64,000 nt of DNA from Eubacteriales bacterium. Lineage in GTDB: Bacteria; Bacillota; Clostridia; Oscillospirales; CAG-272. A program made the position numbers and the translations under genes. Shown in pieces: positions 35,438 through 44,712 of this stretch (positions within the stretch are counted from its first letter, which is position 1; every line of letters starts with the position of its first letter). Below the pieces are notes generated by a model that did no database searches, had not been told where the DNA came from, and saw only the letters and a program-made list of their open reading frames with translations. The DNA lies in assembly GCA_045636445.1 (NCBI GenBank), contig JAZTXO010000152.1, positions 40,370 through 104,369 of the forward strand, read 5' to 3'.

Positions 35438-37651
35438 TCAGTTAGACTCGGAAGTAGTCTCACTCTTGATGGAGTACTTGATGTTGAAGAAATCAAGATA
35501 CTTTCCGTCTTCGGTGTACTTGTACTCGTAGTGCTTGTGATCATCCTCGCCGGTCTCAACACGGTTTGCCATAAGGAGATAGTCGAGAATGTTGGTAATC
35601 TGGATAGCAGCGCGAACGTTGCTCTCACCGTAGTAATTCAAATTCTGCTCAACAGCCTTCTTACCTATAAGATCCTTGTAATCCTTAAGTGCGGCATCAT
35701 CGAAGTAGAAGTGATTTGCGAAGAAGAGAGCCTCGTCGTACTCGCTGTAATCAGCGCCGTCGTAATTCTCTTCATCATAGAGGAACTTGTTAGCTTCGAT
35801 CTGGCCGGGCATCTTTGCATCAGCTTCGGGCGCAAGAGCCTTAGCTACAACGTAAATCTGAATAATAGGAAGAACAAGCTCTTTTGCCTGCTTTTCAAGA
35901 GCGCCGTCCTTGGCAATCTGTGCTTCAAGGAATGCGTCAAATCCGCCGTTATCCTCATACTCTTCGTAATAGGTCAAGCCGGTGGAAGAATTTGTTCCGG
36001 TGTGGAACTCGTACTCATACTGGTTCTCAAGATGAGCAATAGCCTCTTCAAGAAGACCTTCGGGATACTTGTTGGATTCCTTAAGAATAACGTTCTTCTG
36101 GATCATTGCCCAGATCTCTTTACCAACCTTCTCTACGATTTCGCTATCGTATGCTTCCTTAAGGTTGTGATAAACGTCCTTTTCGTACTGCTCAACAACG
36201 GTAGCTGCAAAGCCCTTCTCGTCGTTTTCCTTGGTAGCCTTGAGAATTTCGTCAATCTTCTTTTCAGCTGCGTCTCTTGCAGTTTCCCAAGCGGTCTTTG
36301 CATCGTCGCGAGCCTTTACTGCGTCTTCATAAGACTTCTTTGCATTGTCTCTTGCAGTCTTCTGCGCATCGGTTGCTCCCTCGCCTGCGTCGGTAACTGC
36401 CTTTTCAGCAGCATCGTATGCGGTCTTGGTGGTAGTTACAACCTTTTCAGCAGCATCATACTTGCTCTTAAGATCCTTGATCTTGGTATCGGTATTATCT
36501 GCATAAACCTGTACAAGCTCCTCAACAAGAGTCTTAACGGTCTTATCACCGTTCTTGTAAGCCTCGTCGGAGAATACGTCGAGAGAGGTAGCGGTGATCT
36601 TGTTAGCAAGAGCCTCAAGAAGGATAGACTTTGCGTCAATATCGGATACGTTATAGAAGTATACGGGGAAGATGTGATACTTTACGGTAGTGTCCTTGGG
36701 AATTACAACCTCTGCTGCGTTTTCACCATGGATGTTGTCCATCTTTGCGCTGGTGAGCTTAAGCTCAGCGGTGGTCTTGTAATCAAAGGTAATTTCGTTA
36801 CCCTCGTCTTCAACTGCGAAGAGGATCTTGAAGTTGGTGTAGGTGTAGGTCTTGTCACCCTCGGTCACGTCAAAGTTCTTGGTCTTTTCGGTATCGCTTA
36901 CCTTAACCTCAACGAAGCTGCCGATTTTGACGGTGTTGTTGGTGTTAAGAAGAACGTCTGCGATCTGCTTTTCAATACCGTCTTCAGCGTGAAGGTTGAT
37001 CTTTACGCAGTTAGCAACCTCTTTGGTTGTATCTGCCTTGTCCTTCTCGTAACGGGTGAAGGAAACGAATACAGACTTGAAGGACTCCTTGGTAACTGCA
37101 ACGGTAGCAGAAGCCGAGGTCTTATATCCCTGAATGTCTACGGGGCTGAAAGCAGCCTCCTCGCCCTCGCCGGTAGTGCCGTATGCTGCGATTGCATTCT
37201 TGATAGCAACGCTGAGCTTGTTAGCCTTTGCATCCTCAACGTCGATTGCGGAAAGCTTAACGCTGTTCTTGGGAGATGCGGTCTCCTTCATATACTCGTC
37301 TACATCGTAAGCGTAGGTTACGCCATCCTTTTCGTAGGTTGCGTAGTACGCATAGTAAACGGTGTCGTTAAGGTCGAGTTTACCTTCGGTAAGCTTATCG
37401 CGCTTGTTCTGCGCATAGGTAGCAAGAGAAGAGTAAATAGACTCCTTAACCTTCTTCTGTCTTGTAGCTTCATCGGTAGTGAAGCTGCCATCCTCAATTT
37501 TAATATCCTGAAGAGAACCAAGGAATCCGTCAAGCAAAGTAACGTATTCGCTGTAATCCTCCTCTGCGTAGTTAAAGGGCTTGGAACAGCTTGCAAAGGC
37601 TGTTGTAACCATAACTACAAGAAGAAGTAAAGCAATAATCTTGTTTTTCAT
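35438..37651 (-). CDS. Large lipoprotein (737 aa), unknown function; C-terminal half helical/chaperone-like
   Basis: Signal peptide with lipobox MKNKIIALLLLVVMVTTAFA-SC. Central Ala/Asp/Lys-rich coiled segment with repeated YDAAEK. The C-terminal helical region is loosely similar to the C-terminal half of the 581-aa protein. Confidence 0.55.
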   Translation of the reverse strand: MKNKIIALLLLVVMVTTAFASCSKPFNYAEEDYSEYVTLLDGFLGSLQDIKIEDGSFTTDEATRQKKVKESIYSSLATYAQNKRDKLTEGKLDLNDTVYYAYYATYEKDGVTYAYDVDEYMKETASPKNSVKLSAIDVEDAKANKLSVAIKNAIAAYGTTGEGEEAAFSPVDIQGYKTSASATVAVTKESFKSVFVSFTRYEKDKADTTKEVANCVKINLHAEDGIEKQIADVLLNTNNTVKIGSFVEVKVSDTEKTKNFDVTEGDKTYTYTNFKILFAVEDEGNEITFDYKTTAELKLTSAKMDNIHGENAAEVVIPKDTTVKYHIFPVYFYNVSDIDAKSILLEALANKITATSLDVFSDEAYKNGDKTVKTLVEELVQVYADNTDTKIKDLKSKYDAAEKVVTTTKTAYDAAEKAVTDAGEGATDAQKTARDNAKKSYEDAVKARDDAKTAWETARDAAEKKIDEILKATKENDEKGFAATVVEQYEKDVYHNLKEAYDSEIVEKVGKEIWAMIQKNVILKESNKYPEGLLEEAIAHLENQYEYEFHTGTNSSTGLTYYEEYEDNGGFDAFLEAQIAKDGALEKQAKELVLPIIQIYVVAKALAPEADAKMPGQIEANKFLYDEENYDGADYSEYDEALFFANHFYFDDAALKDYKDLIGKKAVEQNLNYYGESNVRAAIQITNILDYLLMANRVETGEDDHKHYEYKYTEDGKYLDFFNIKYSIKSETTSESN

Positions 37652-37698
37652 GTCTTAAATCCTTATACCTTTATATAAAATAATTTCAATTACAAATC

Positions 37699-37727
37699 AT
37701 TATACCATACAATAAGCAAAAATGCAA
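37699..37727 (-). promoter_or_regulatory. Promoter for the 737-aa lipoprotein gene (TTGCAT-17-TATAAT with TG extension)
   Basis: Minus strand reads TTGCAT (37727-37722), 17-nt spacer ending in TGG, TATAAT (37704-37699). Confidence 0.5.
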
Positions 37728-37759
37728 ATGTTTTTTTGATTTTTTAAAAATATTTTTAC

Positions 37760-40714
37760 TTAATCTGCATATCCGCCGCCTTCGCCTATGGGATAACCGT
37801 TCACAAGCTCGTAAAATGCCCTAACAACAGTCTTAAAGGCGTAGTTGGAAATGGTGAAGTAGCAGCTTTCGCTCACACCGTCGAATACTGACACGGCAAC
37901 CTTGCCGTCGTCGGTGTAGTAGAAGCTGTAAGTGTTGTGAGTGTTTGAGCCCTCAACCTCATAATCCAGCGTCATAACCGGAGCTTTTGCCATAGCCTTC
38001 TCGGCTTCCTCTTTCGAAAGAGTTCCGGTATAGTTAGTTCCGTAAATAAGGAGAAGAACGTCCTTGAAGCTGGAATCGCCAAGCCAGTCAAATCCCTCGG
38101 TCTGATTGTTGGGATCGCTGTCTCTGTAATTATATATTGCGTGAATATGCATACTTTCCTGACCGGTAGCGCGAAGTCTTTGAACAAGAAGCGTTTCGGT
38201 AAGATTGCTTCCGCTTACCGATGCGTAAACCGTAGCTGCAATATATTCCTGTTTAGAAACTATATTGGGATCATCGCCGGGATCATAGTTAAGTCTGCCT
38301 CTTGAACCGTCGGCATAGGTTACTATCCAAACGGTCGGATGAGCCACGTTGAAGTCATACTTGCCTCTGAAGCCATCCATATTGAAGTCAACCGAAAGCT
38401 TTTTCACGTATTCCTGGTCAACAAGCATTATGTCGCGTTTTGCCCAGAAATCAACAAAGTTCTCCTCAACGTAATCAAGGGTTTCGGCATCCATTTCAAC
38501 GATAATGTCGTACATATCCGAGCCAACGTATCTCTTGCCCTCGGAATTTGCTTCGCTGATATAAAGAGTGAATGTAACTTGGCTTTCACCCTCGTAATTG
38601 TTAGTGCTGTCCGGGAATCGGGGAATCGAGAACTCTACGGTATAAGCGTACAGACCGTAGTTTTTCATATTAGCGGGAGTAAGTCCGGTAGCAACCACCT
38701 TCGATCCCGAAAGTCCCTCGAATCCGAGAGAGGATGTGCCGAGAAGAGTGCCGCTTAACACTTTTATTACTCTGTCGCAGCGACGCCAGTCAACGGCATA
38801 GGAAGCGTAAGGGTGCATCTCGTCAATTTCGTTAAGAGTATTAACGTGAATGTCACCGCCGTAATAGAGATCGGGACTTGCGGTATACGCAAAGGCAGCC
38901 ACAGCCTCGCTCTCGATGAAGTAATCAATAGACTTTATTTCATAGGTAGTAAAGCTCTTCATTACCTGGTGATACCTATCGGAGGTGTAGGCGGTTTTGT
39001 CCTTCTCGTAAACGCCGTTTTGGTCAATCTGCAACCCAAGAAGCGTCGCCTTTATTCCCTTCTCAAGCTCGTCGGAGTTCTCGTCTGAAAGAGAAAGGTC
39101 AACTATCATAGTATCCTCGCTTATTACCTCTCCGTCATAAAGCATCTGGTAAACGAAGGCTACGATAGAACTGCTTGAAATCTTTTTAATTTCCGTAAAG
39201 GTCGCCTTGTCGTATATGTGAGATACGTGCTTTATTTTAAGCTCGTACACCGAAGGGGTGGAGTTTTCGGAGCTGTAAACGATATCAAACTCCAGAGGCT
39301 CGGAAAGTTCGCCAACCTGCCCGCCAAGAAGAGCAAGACGCACACTTTCGGGTACACGCTCGTCGGTAAGGTCGATAACAGCGTGAAGCTCGTCTGCATC
39401 AGCTCCCTCGTATTTAACCTCCTCACCGTCAAAGGTGCAGGAGTATCTTACCTTAACGTAGAAATTGCTTCCTCCGTCAGCGGTGTTGCAATCAATGCCG
39501 TCGGGGTTGACGAAGGCTTCGATTTCGTAGATTTTATAAGAGTAGTTCTTGCCTTCAACCGCAACGTTACGGTCGAAAATTACAGTTGAAACAAGGTTGT
39601 GATTGTAATCATCTCTGACCTCTTTGCCCACAAGGTTTCTGATGAAGCCCGAATACTCGTCGATTCCGGAAATATAATCCAGATCTACCTCGGTGGCGCG
39701 GTCAAAAACGGAGGCGTATCCGTTTTCGTCAACGGTCATTTTCTCATCGTCTTTTTCAACCTCGCTTATAGCGTAAGGCGAGGTGATTATATTAGTGGTA
39801 ATGACAACCTTTGCCTTTTCTTTTACAACGTCACCCGTCTTGCCGTAAACGGTGTTTTTCCATTGTCTGTACGAGGGGGTGTACTGGGGAGTTGTGTTCT
39901 GGTCGCCGTTGGAAAGATTTCCGGACATAATAATCTTGGGAGCAACGAAGTTGCTAAATCCGGTAAGAGCGTATTTAAAGTTTTCTGCGCTTGAAGAAAT
40001 GTATACGGTGCTATCCGCGCTGTCTCTCTTCTCGCCCTCGAAGATGTCTCCGCTGAGCTTAAGATAATAGCCGACGCCGGTAACAAGCTTGTTACCGATA
40101 TACATAGTCATTTTCCTTGTAACAGACTCGGTCTTTCCCGTTTCGGGATTCAAAACCGACTCAAGATAGGTGAAGGTCACCATCTCGCGGCTCTCTTTAT
40201 CAAGGCCGTACGCCTTAAGCTGCTCATTATAGGCTTCAAGCTTTTCTTCTCTGCTCACCGCATTTTCGGGAGCTGTAAGAGTAATTTTAGAATCATAGGA
40301 AGCATTGGCAAGGGCGTGAAGCACGTAAGAGATCTTATACACGTTCATTCCGTCGTCGGTAACCGAATAAAGAGATTCGTACTTAAATCCCGGCTCGCTA
40401 AGGCATATAGAGGGGAAATATCTTCTCTTGTCACCGTTTTCGTCTTCATAGAAAAGGTGGAACGTGCCGTCAACAAGCTGAGCGCCGATAAATCCCTCGT
40501 GAGCGTCTATTCCAAAACTTTGAATTTGGCTTGAGCTTATCGGATTATAGATGTATTCGGTATTGCTTGAACCGAGTGTTACCTCGGGAGCTGTTTTGTT
40601 TTTAATAAGAAACGAAACAACGAAATATCCCGCAACAAGAAGAGCAAGTGCCACAGAGGTAATAATGATTGCAAGAATGCTTTTTGATTTTCTGTTTTTC
40701 TTAACTTGTATCAT
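37760..40714 (-). CDS. N-terminally anchored 984-aa extracytoplasmic protein, DUF4340-like by position
   Basis: Single N-terminal TM (SILAIIITSVALALLVAGYFVVSFLI) followed by about 940 aa of beta-rich sequence. It is the last gene of the ABC-2/GldG operon, the position where DUF4340 proteins are usually found. The family call is by context, not by motif. Confidence 0.45.
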   Translation of the reverse strand: MIQVKKNRKSKSILAIIITSVALALLVAGYFVVSFLIKNKTAPEVTLGSSNTEYIYNPISSSQIQSFGIDAHEGFIGAQLVDGTFHLFYEDENGDKRRYFPSICLSEPGFKYESLYSVTDDGMNVYKISYVLHALANASYDSKITLTAPENAVSREEKLEAYNEQLKAYGLDKESREMVTFTYLESVLNPETGKTESVTRKMTMYIGNKLVTGVGYYLKLSGDIFEGEKRDSADSTVYISSSAENFKYALTGFSNFVAPKIIMSGNLSNGDQNTTPQYTPSYRQWKNTVYGKTGDVVKEKAKVVITTNIITSPYAISEVEKDDEKMTVDENGYASVFDRATEVDLDYISGIDEYSGFIRNLVGKEVRDDYNHNLVSTVIFDRNVAVEGKNYSYKIYEIEAFVNPDGIDCNTADGGSNFYVKVRYSCTFDGEEVKYEGADADELHAVIDLTDERVPESVRLALLGGQVGELSEPLEFDIVYSSENSTPSVYELKIKHVSHIYDKATFTEIKKISSSSIVAFVYQMLYDGEVISEDTMIVDLSLSDENSDELEKGIKATLLGLQIDQNGVYEKDKTAYTSDRYHQVMKSFTTYEIKSIDYFIESEAVAAFAYTASPDLYYGGDIHVNTLNEIDEMHPYASYAVDWRRCDRVIKVLSGTLLGTSSLGFEGLSGSKVVATGLTPANMKNYGLYAYTVEFSIPRFPDSTNNYEGESQVTFTLYISEANSEGKRYVGSDMYDIIVEMDAETLDYVEENFVDFWAKRDIMLVDQEYVKKLSVDFNMDGFRGKYDFNVAHPTVWIVTYADGSRGRLNYDPGDDPNIVSKQEYIAATVYASVSGSNLTETLLVQRLRATGQESMHIHAIYNYRDSDPNNQTEGFDWLGDSSFKDVLLLIYGTNYTGTLSKEEAEKAMAKAPVMTLDYEVEGSNTHNTYSFYYTDDGKVAVSVFDGVSESCYFTISNYAFKTVVRAFYELVNGYPIGEGGGYAD

Positions 40715-40724
40715 ATATACCTCC

Positions 40725-42356
40725 TTACAAATATCTGCGTTTTACGTATACAACAACGCCTGCAGCAAGTGCGATTACAGGTAATGCAAAGAGAATTACC
40801 GAGATCGTCTTGATCTCGCTCTTTTTCTCGGAATCGAATTCAAGAGTTGTATCCGCAAGGAACTTACCGCCGTAGCTGTCGAAGTTCATTGAAGTTCCGC
40901 CAAGCTCGGAGGAAGCATATCTGTCGTTAAAGATCATTTCTTCTATAAGCAAAGCCATTATTTCGCTGTTTGCGTAAGAATAATTGCCAAGCACCTCGTT
41001 AGAGAAGAAGCTTGCGCTGTTAACGCAGAAAATGTTCGATCGAGTAGCAGTATTGGTGTAGCTGTCAAGCTGGTATCTGCCGGTCATTGCCGCAAGAATC
41101 AGCTTTCCTGAATTTTCGGGAGACGAATACTCGCCCTCGGGACTCTTTGCCATAGCAATCGCAGAATCGTAAGAGCTCATAAACTCCATAAACATTCTCT
41201 CCGAAGAGTTGCCCGCCTCAATGAGAGCGTCGCCTTCACGGAAAGCGCTTTTAATATATCCCGCATCGTCAAATATAACGCCTGCTGCGCTGGGAAGAGA
41301 TGCGAAATTGCTGTAAACCAAAGCTCCGAAGCTATCCTCGTCGGTGCTGTACTCGCCAAGAATAGTATCAATGCTTTCGTCTGTTGATTCAACGTGATTT
41401 TTGTCGTCGTTGACAACGGTATCGGTGAAATGGAATCCCCAATCGGCAAGGAATGCATCAAGCGCAGGGTGACGGGACGAGCCGTCATCAAGCAAAGCAT
41501 GATCTCTTGCAACCATTACCGAGCCCTGACGAGCCACGAGATAACGGTCTATCATTTCGATCTCGGAACGGTAGTTTATATCGTCAAGCTTATCGGGATC
41601 AATATCAAAATCCTCTCTGGGATTGTTGATAACAAGGAGAACGCAGTCCTCCGGCACGCCTCCCGCTTCCGCAAGATTAACCGTTTTTACCTCAAGGCCT
41701 CTGCCCATAAGAAGGTCGTAAAGAGCCTGAGCCTTATGGTTTTCTTCTCTGGAGGGATCGGAGATATCGTAATAGGTTTCGCCGTGACCTACCGTAAAGT
41801 AGGCAACCGGACGCTCCACCGCAGTTACCGACAGAATGTAAGATGCCATCTTATATTCACCGTTATAGCTGCTGAGAGCCGTTTCACTTCCCGCCCAGAA
41901 GCTTACGGGCTTCTGAATACGGTATCTTCCGCCGTACGAAATAATTACGTCGCCGGGATCGATTACGGAAAGAGAGGTAGGCTTGTATTTCGAAACCTTG
42001 GTAGGCTCGTAAATAACGTTGACCTCTTCCACCTCAATATTATCAAACCTCTTTTCAAGCTGAAGCGCCATGAAATAGGTAAGTCTTGTTATATCTGAAG
42101 CAATAAGCTCGTCGGGATCGGCGCAGAAGGTTATCGTAACCTCGTCCTCAAGATCGTCAATGAAGGAGCACTCGCGTATCATTGCGTCGGTAAGCGAGTA
42201 AAGTCCCTCGGGAGTCAGGTCAACGTAAAGGCTTTTTCTTAAACCCAAGGAGGGCATAAGAAGGTTAATCGCCACAACGGCAACGACCAAAACGACAGTA
42301 AGAACCCCGAAAAGCTTTGATCTTAAGCTTCGTATTCCTTTTTTGTTATTATTCAT
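40725..42356 (-). CDS. GldG-like ABC-transporter auxiliary protein (copy 2)
   Basis: 543 aa. N-terminal TM plus a C-terminal TM followed by KRRYL, with a large extracytoplasmic domain between them. Same bitopic-ends architecture as GldG / ABC_transp_aux. 4-nt gap to the upstream paralogue. Confidence 0.65.
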   Translation of the reverse strand: MNNNKKGIRSLRSKLFGVLTVVLVVAVVAINLLMPSLGLRKSLYVDLTPEGLYSLTDAMIRECSFIDDLEDEVTITFCADPDELIASDITRLTYFMALQLEKRFDNIEVEEVNVIYEPTKVSKYKPTSLSVIDPGDVIISYGGRYRIQKPVSFWAGSETALSSYNGEYKMASYILSVTAVERPVAYFTVGHGETYYDISDPSREENHKAQALYDLLMGRGLEVKTVNLAEAGGVPEDCVLLVINNPREDFDIDPDKLDDINYRSEIEMIDRYLVARQGSVMVARDHALLDDGSSRHPALDAFLADWGFHFTDTVVNDDKNHVESTDESIDTILGEYSTDEDSFGALVYSNFASLPSAAGVIFDDAGYIKSAFREGDALIEAGNSSERMFMEFMSSYDSAIAMAKSPEGEYSSPENSGKLILAAMTGRYQLDSYTNTATRSNIFCVNSASFFSNEVLGNYSYANSEIMALLIEEMIFNDRYASSELGGTSMNFDSYGGKFLADTTLEFDSEKKSEIKTISVILFALPVIALAAGVVVYVKRRYL

Positions 42357-42360
42357 CGCT

Positions 42361-43959
42361 TTATCTGTTCTTTCTTCTTATAATTGTAACGGTTCCGACA
42401 GCGGCAAGCACCACCGGTATTGCAAGGAGCATACAGGTATAGAGAATAGACGTACCGAGGGTAAGGTTTTCAAGTCTTTCCTCCTGCATTTCCACACAGT
42501 CTATTCCGTAAGGCATATCAGGGCCGTCATAAAACTCATCGTAGAGTGCATATAAAAAGTCTTTGTTTGCATAGTTGTTGCTTACCATTGCATCGCTTGC
42601 TGCAAGATAAACGCTGGAAATAAATATCATTTTTGCGCTGCGGTCGAAGTTTACCTTCTTCTCCGAGCAGGCAATTACGGTGTGAGGTCCGTCCTCGCCC
42701 TCGTTCTCTCCGCCTGCAACAAGACTTGCGGAAGCAGAGGAAGTGAGCAAAGGTCTTGCTCCAAGGCTTTCGTTGCATTCAAGGGCAGCCGCATCGTTGA
42801 TTATAACGCTGCCGCCAAACCCGTCGATCTTATTTTTGATAGACTGGGCAACCGAATTGTCCGCATAATCTGCAAGAAGCGTAAAGCCGGTAAAGCCTTG
42901 AGTGTTAACACTCTGGTTAAGGTCTTTTACCATAAGACGCTCGCCGTCATCGTTGGTTTTAACGCTTATTCCGAACTCCTCGGAAACAAATTCCTCAAGT
43001 CGGGGAAGACTCTTGGCAAGGGGATCGAGAATAACGTAAAACGCTCCGCCGTTGTCGGAATATTCCTTAAGTCTCATAAGTTCGCTAACGTAATTATCGT
43101 TGGCAGCCTTTTCAAAATCGGTCTTGGGATTGGATATTATAACAAATGCCGCATCCTCGGGAACAGATTCCTTGCGCAGGTTGATTTCGTCAATGTAATA
43201 ACCCGCATAAAGCAGAGAATAGTAGAAATTAGTGCTGGGAACTTCACCGTGTCCGGTTGTAAAGTAAACGGTTTCGTGCTGGTCGTTTATTACCCAGAAT
43301 GCCATCGCAGCAAACACCTCTTCACCGTTGTAGGAGGTTACGTAGCTGTTGGCGTCAAGGGTAAAGAAGTCAACGAAAGCAGAGCTTCCCGAAACAACTC
43401 TTATATTAGAGCGAAGCAGGTTGCCGCTTTGGTCAAAGGTTTCGCACTCGAAAATAACGCTGCTTCTTGAAATTTTGTATTCGTCATAAATGGGATTTCC
43501 CGATTTATCCAGAAGAATTTCACCCGATGCATCCTTACGGGCAACCTTCTGATACTTTTCGGGGCTGAATTTCTCGCCCGATGCATCATCGTATTCGAGA
43601 GTAAAAATGTTAGCGTATCTTATGGAAATAAAATCGCTGTATTTATCTGCATAGTTCATTACGGTCTCACGAACGAACTTACCCTCGGAATGGTTCTGAA
43701 TGTCTGCCTCGCTCATACAGAAAGTAATAGTCAGATGCTTTCCTTGAGCCGCAGCATTGTCAAAATCTTCCTTAACCGCATCGCTAATGCTGAGGTCTTC
43801 TTTTTCAGCAACGGTAGCGCTCGGTCTGGTGTAGACGTAAAGCATATATATAAATGCGTTTGCAAAGATAACCGCCGCTACTATTATCGCCGTCATAACA
43901 GATGGCGAGAAGTTACGGCTGCGGACTACCCTTGTAACCGCTTTCTTAAAATTCATCAT
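42361..43959 (-). CDS. GldG-like ABC-transporter auxiliary protein (copy 1)
   Basis: 532 aa. N-terminal TM (VMTAIIVAAVIFANAFIYMLYVY) and C-terminal TM (...LLAIPVVLAAVGTVTIIRRKNR). Follows the ABC-2 permease. Confidence 0.65.
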   Translation of the reverse strand: MMNFKKAVTRVVRSRNFSPSVMTAIIVAAVIFANAFIYMLYVYTRPSATVAEKEDLSISDAVKEDFDNAAAQGKHLTITFCMSEADIQNHSEGKFVRETVMNYADKYSDFISIRYANIFTLEYDDASGEKFSPEKYQKVARKDASGEILLDKSGNPIYDEYKISRSSVIFECETFDQSGNLLRSNIRVVSGSSAFVDFFTLDANSYVTSYNGEEVFAAMAFWVINDQHETVYFTTGHGEVPSTNFYYSLLYAGYYIDEINLRKESVPEDAAFVIISNPKTDFEKAANDNYVSELMRLKEYSDNGGAFYVILDPLAKSLPRLEEFVSEEFGISVKTNDDGERLMVKDLNQSVNTQGFTGFTLLADYADNSVAQSIKNKIDGFGGSVIINDAAALECNESLGARPLLTSSASASLVAGGENEGEDGPHTVIACSEKKVNFDRSAKMIFISSVYLAASDAMVSNNYANKDFLYALYDEFYDGPDMPYGIDCVEMQEERLENLTLGTSILYTCMLLAIPVVLAAVGTVTIIRRKNR

Positions 43960-43987
43960 AACTCAGATTTCTTCCTTTTCGATTTGA

Positions 43988-44698
43988 TCAGTTATATCTG
44001 CGGCGGTCGTAAACACGTACGGTAAGATAAAGGAACAGCGCGCCGAGAGTAACGTAGAATATGATTGCAGACCAATCAAAATATCCTGCGGTAAAGGCGT
44101 TAAATCTGGAGAATATGGAAAGAGAGTCAAGCACGTATCTTATATCGTAGCTTGCGGGGATAAGACTGGAAAGAAGACCGGTCACAAGGAATGCAAATAT
44201 TATCGCTATTGTTCCTACCGCAGCGGAAAGCTGGTTTTCGGTAAGGGACGAAACGAAAAGTCCTATGGAAATAAACACCGCGCCAACCAAAAGAAGAGCG
44301 ACAATATTTCCAAGAAGCACAGCGCCCTTAAAGGTTATTGCGTAAGGTATAAGCAAAAGGAAATAAAGGGAGGTAAAAACAAGAGCCATAGCAAACATAG
44401 CGTAAGCCGCAAGGAATTTACCCAATACCATACCCGTAAGCGATACGGGGGAGGTAAGAACGAGCTGCTCGGTTTTAAGCTTTCGCTCTTCGCTGAAGGA
44501 TTTCATCGTAAGAAGAGGAAGCACGATTGCCGAAAACAGAAGCATAGCCACGAAATAGCTCGTCACGTTTGCCGACATAGAAAACAAGGTGGTAAAGCAG
44601 AATACTGCCGCAGCCATAGTGAGAAATACAACTAAAAATACATAACCCACAACGCCCGTAAAGTAAGAGCGGAATTCTCTTTTAAAAATTGCTAACAT
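43988..44698 (-). CDS. ABC-2 type transporter permease (GldF-like)
   Basis: 236 aa with 6 TM. The N-terminus MLAIFKREFRSYFTGVVGYVFLVVF is typical of the ABC-2 / GldF family. Confidence 0.8.
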   Translation of the reverse strand: MLAIFKREFRSYFTGVVGYVFLVVFLTMAAAVFCFTTLFSMSANVTSYFVAMLLFSAIVLPLLTMKSFSEERKLKTEQLVLTSPVSLTGMVLGKFLAAYAMFAMALVFTSLYFLLLIPYAITFKGAVLLGNIVALLLVGAVFISIGLFVSSLTENQLSAAVGTIAIIFAFLVTGLLSSLIPASYDIRYVLDSLSIFSRFNAFTAGYFDWSAIIFYVTLGALFLYLTVRVYDRRRYN

Positions 44699-44712
44699 TT
44701 CTTCTTTCTCCT

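Noticed and set aside
36400-36470. Short internal tandem duplication (CCTTTTCAGCAGCATC twice, encoding the repeated YDAAEK) inside the 737-aa lipoprotein gene.
   Set aside because: It is in frame and consistent with a coiled, low-complexity protein segment, so it is not an independent DNA-level feature.
34796-37630. 944-aa ORF on the + strand, the longest ORF in this part of the track, spanning rnhA, a terminator and the 737-aa lipoprotein gene.
   Set aside because: It is the codon-aligned antisense frame of the minus-strand genes; both the + ORF and the minus-strand codons begin at coordinates congruent to 2 mod 3. The real genes rarely use TTA/CTA/TCA, so the mirror frame lacks stops. Its product is low-complexity L/V/C/I/F/G/N-rich sequence with no motifs. 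It also runs straight through an intergenic terminator. The minus strand carries unmistakable RNase HI motifs and a lipoprotein signal.
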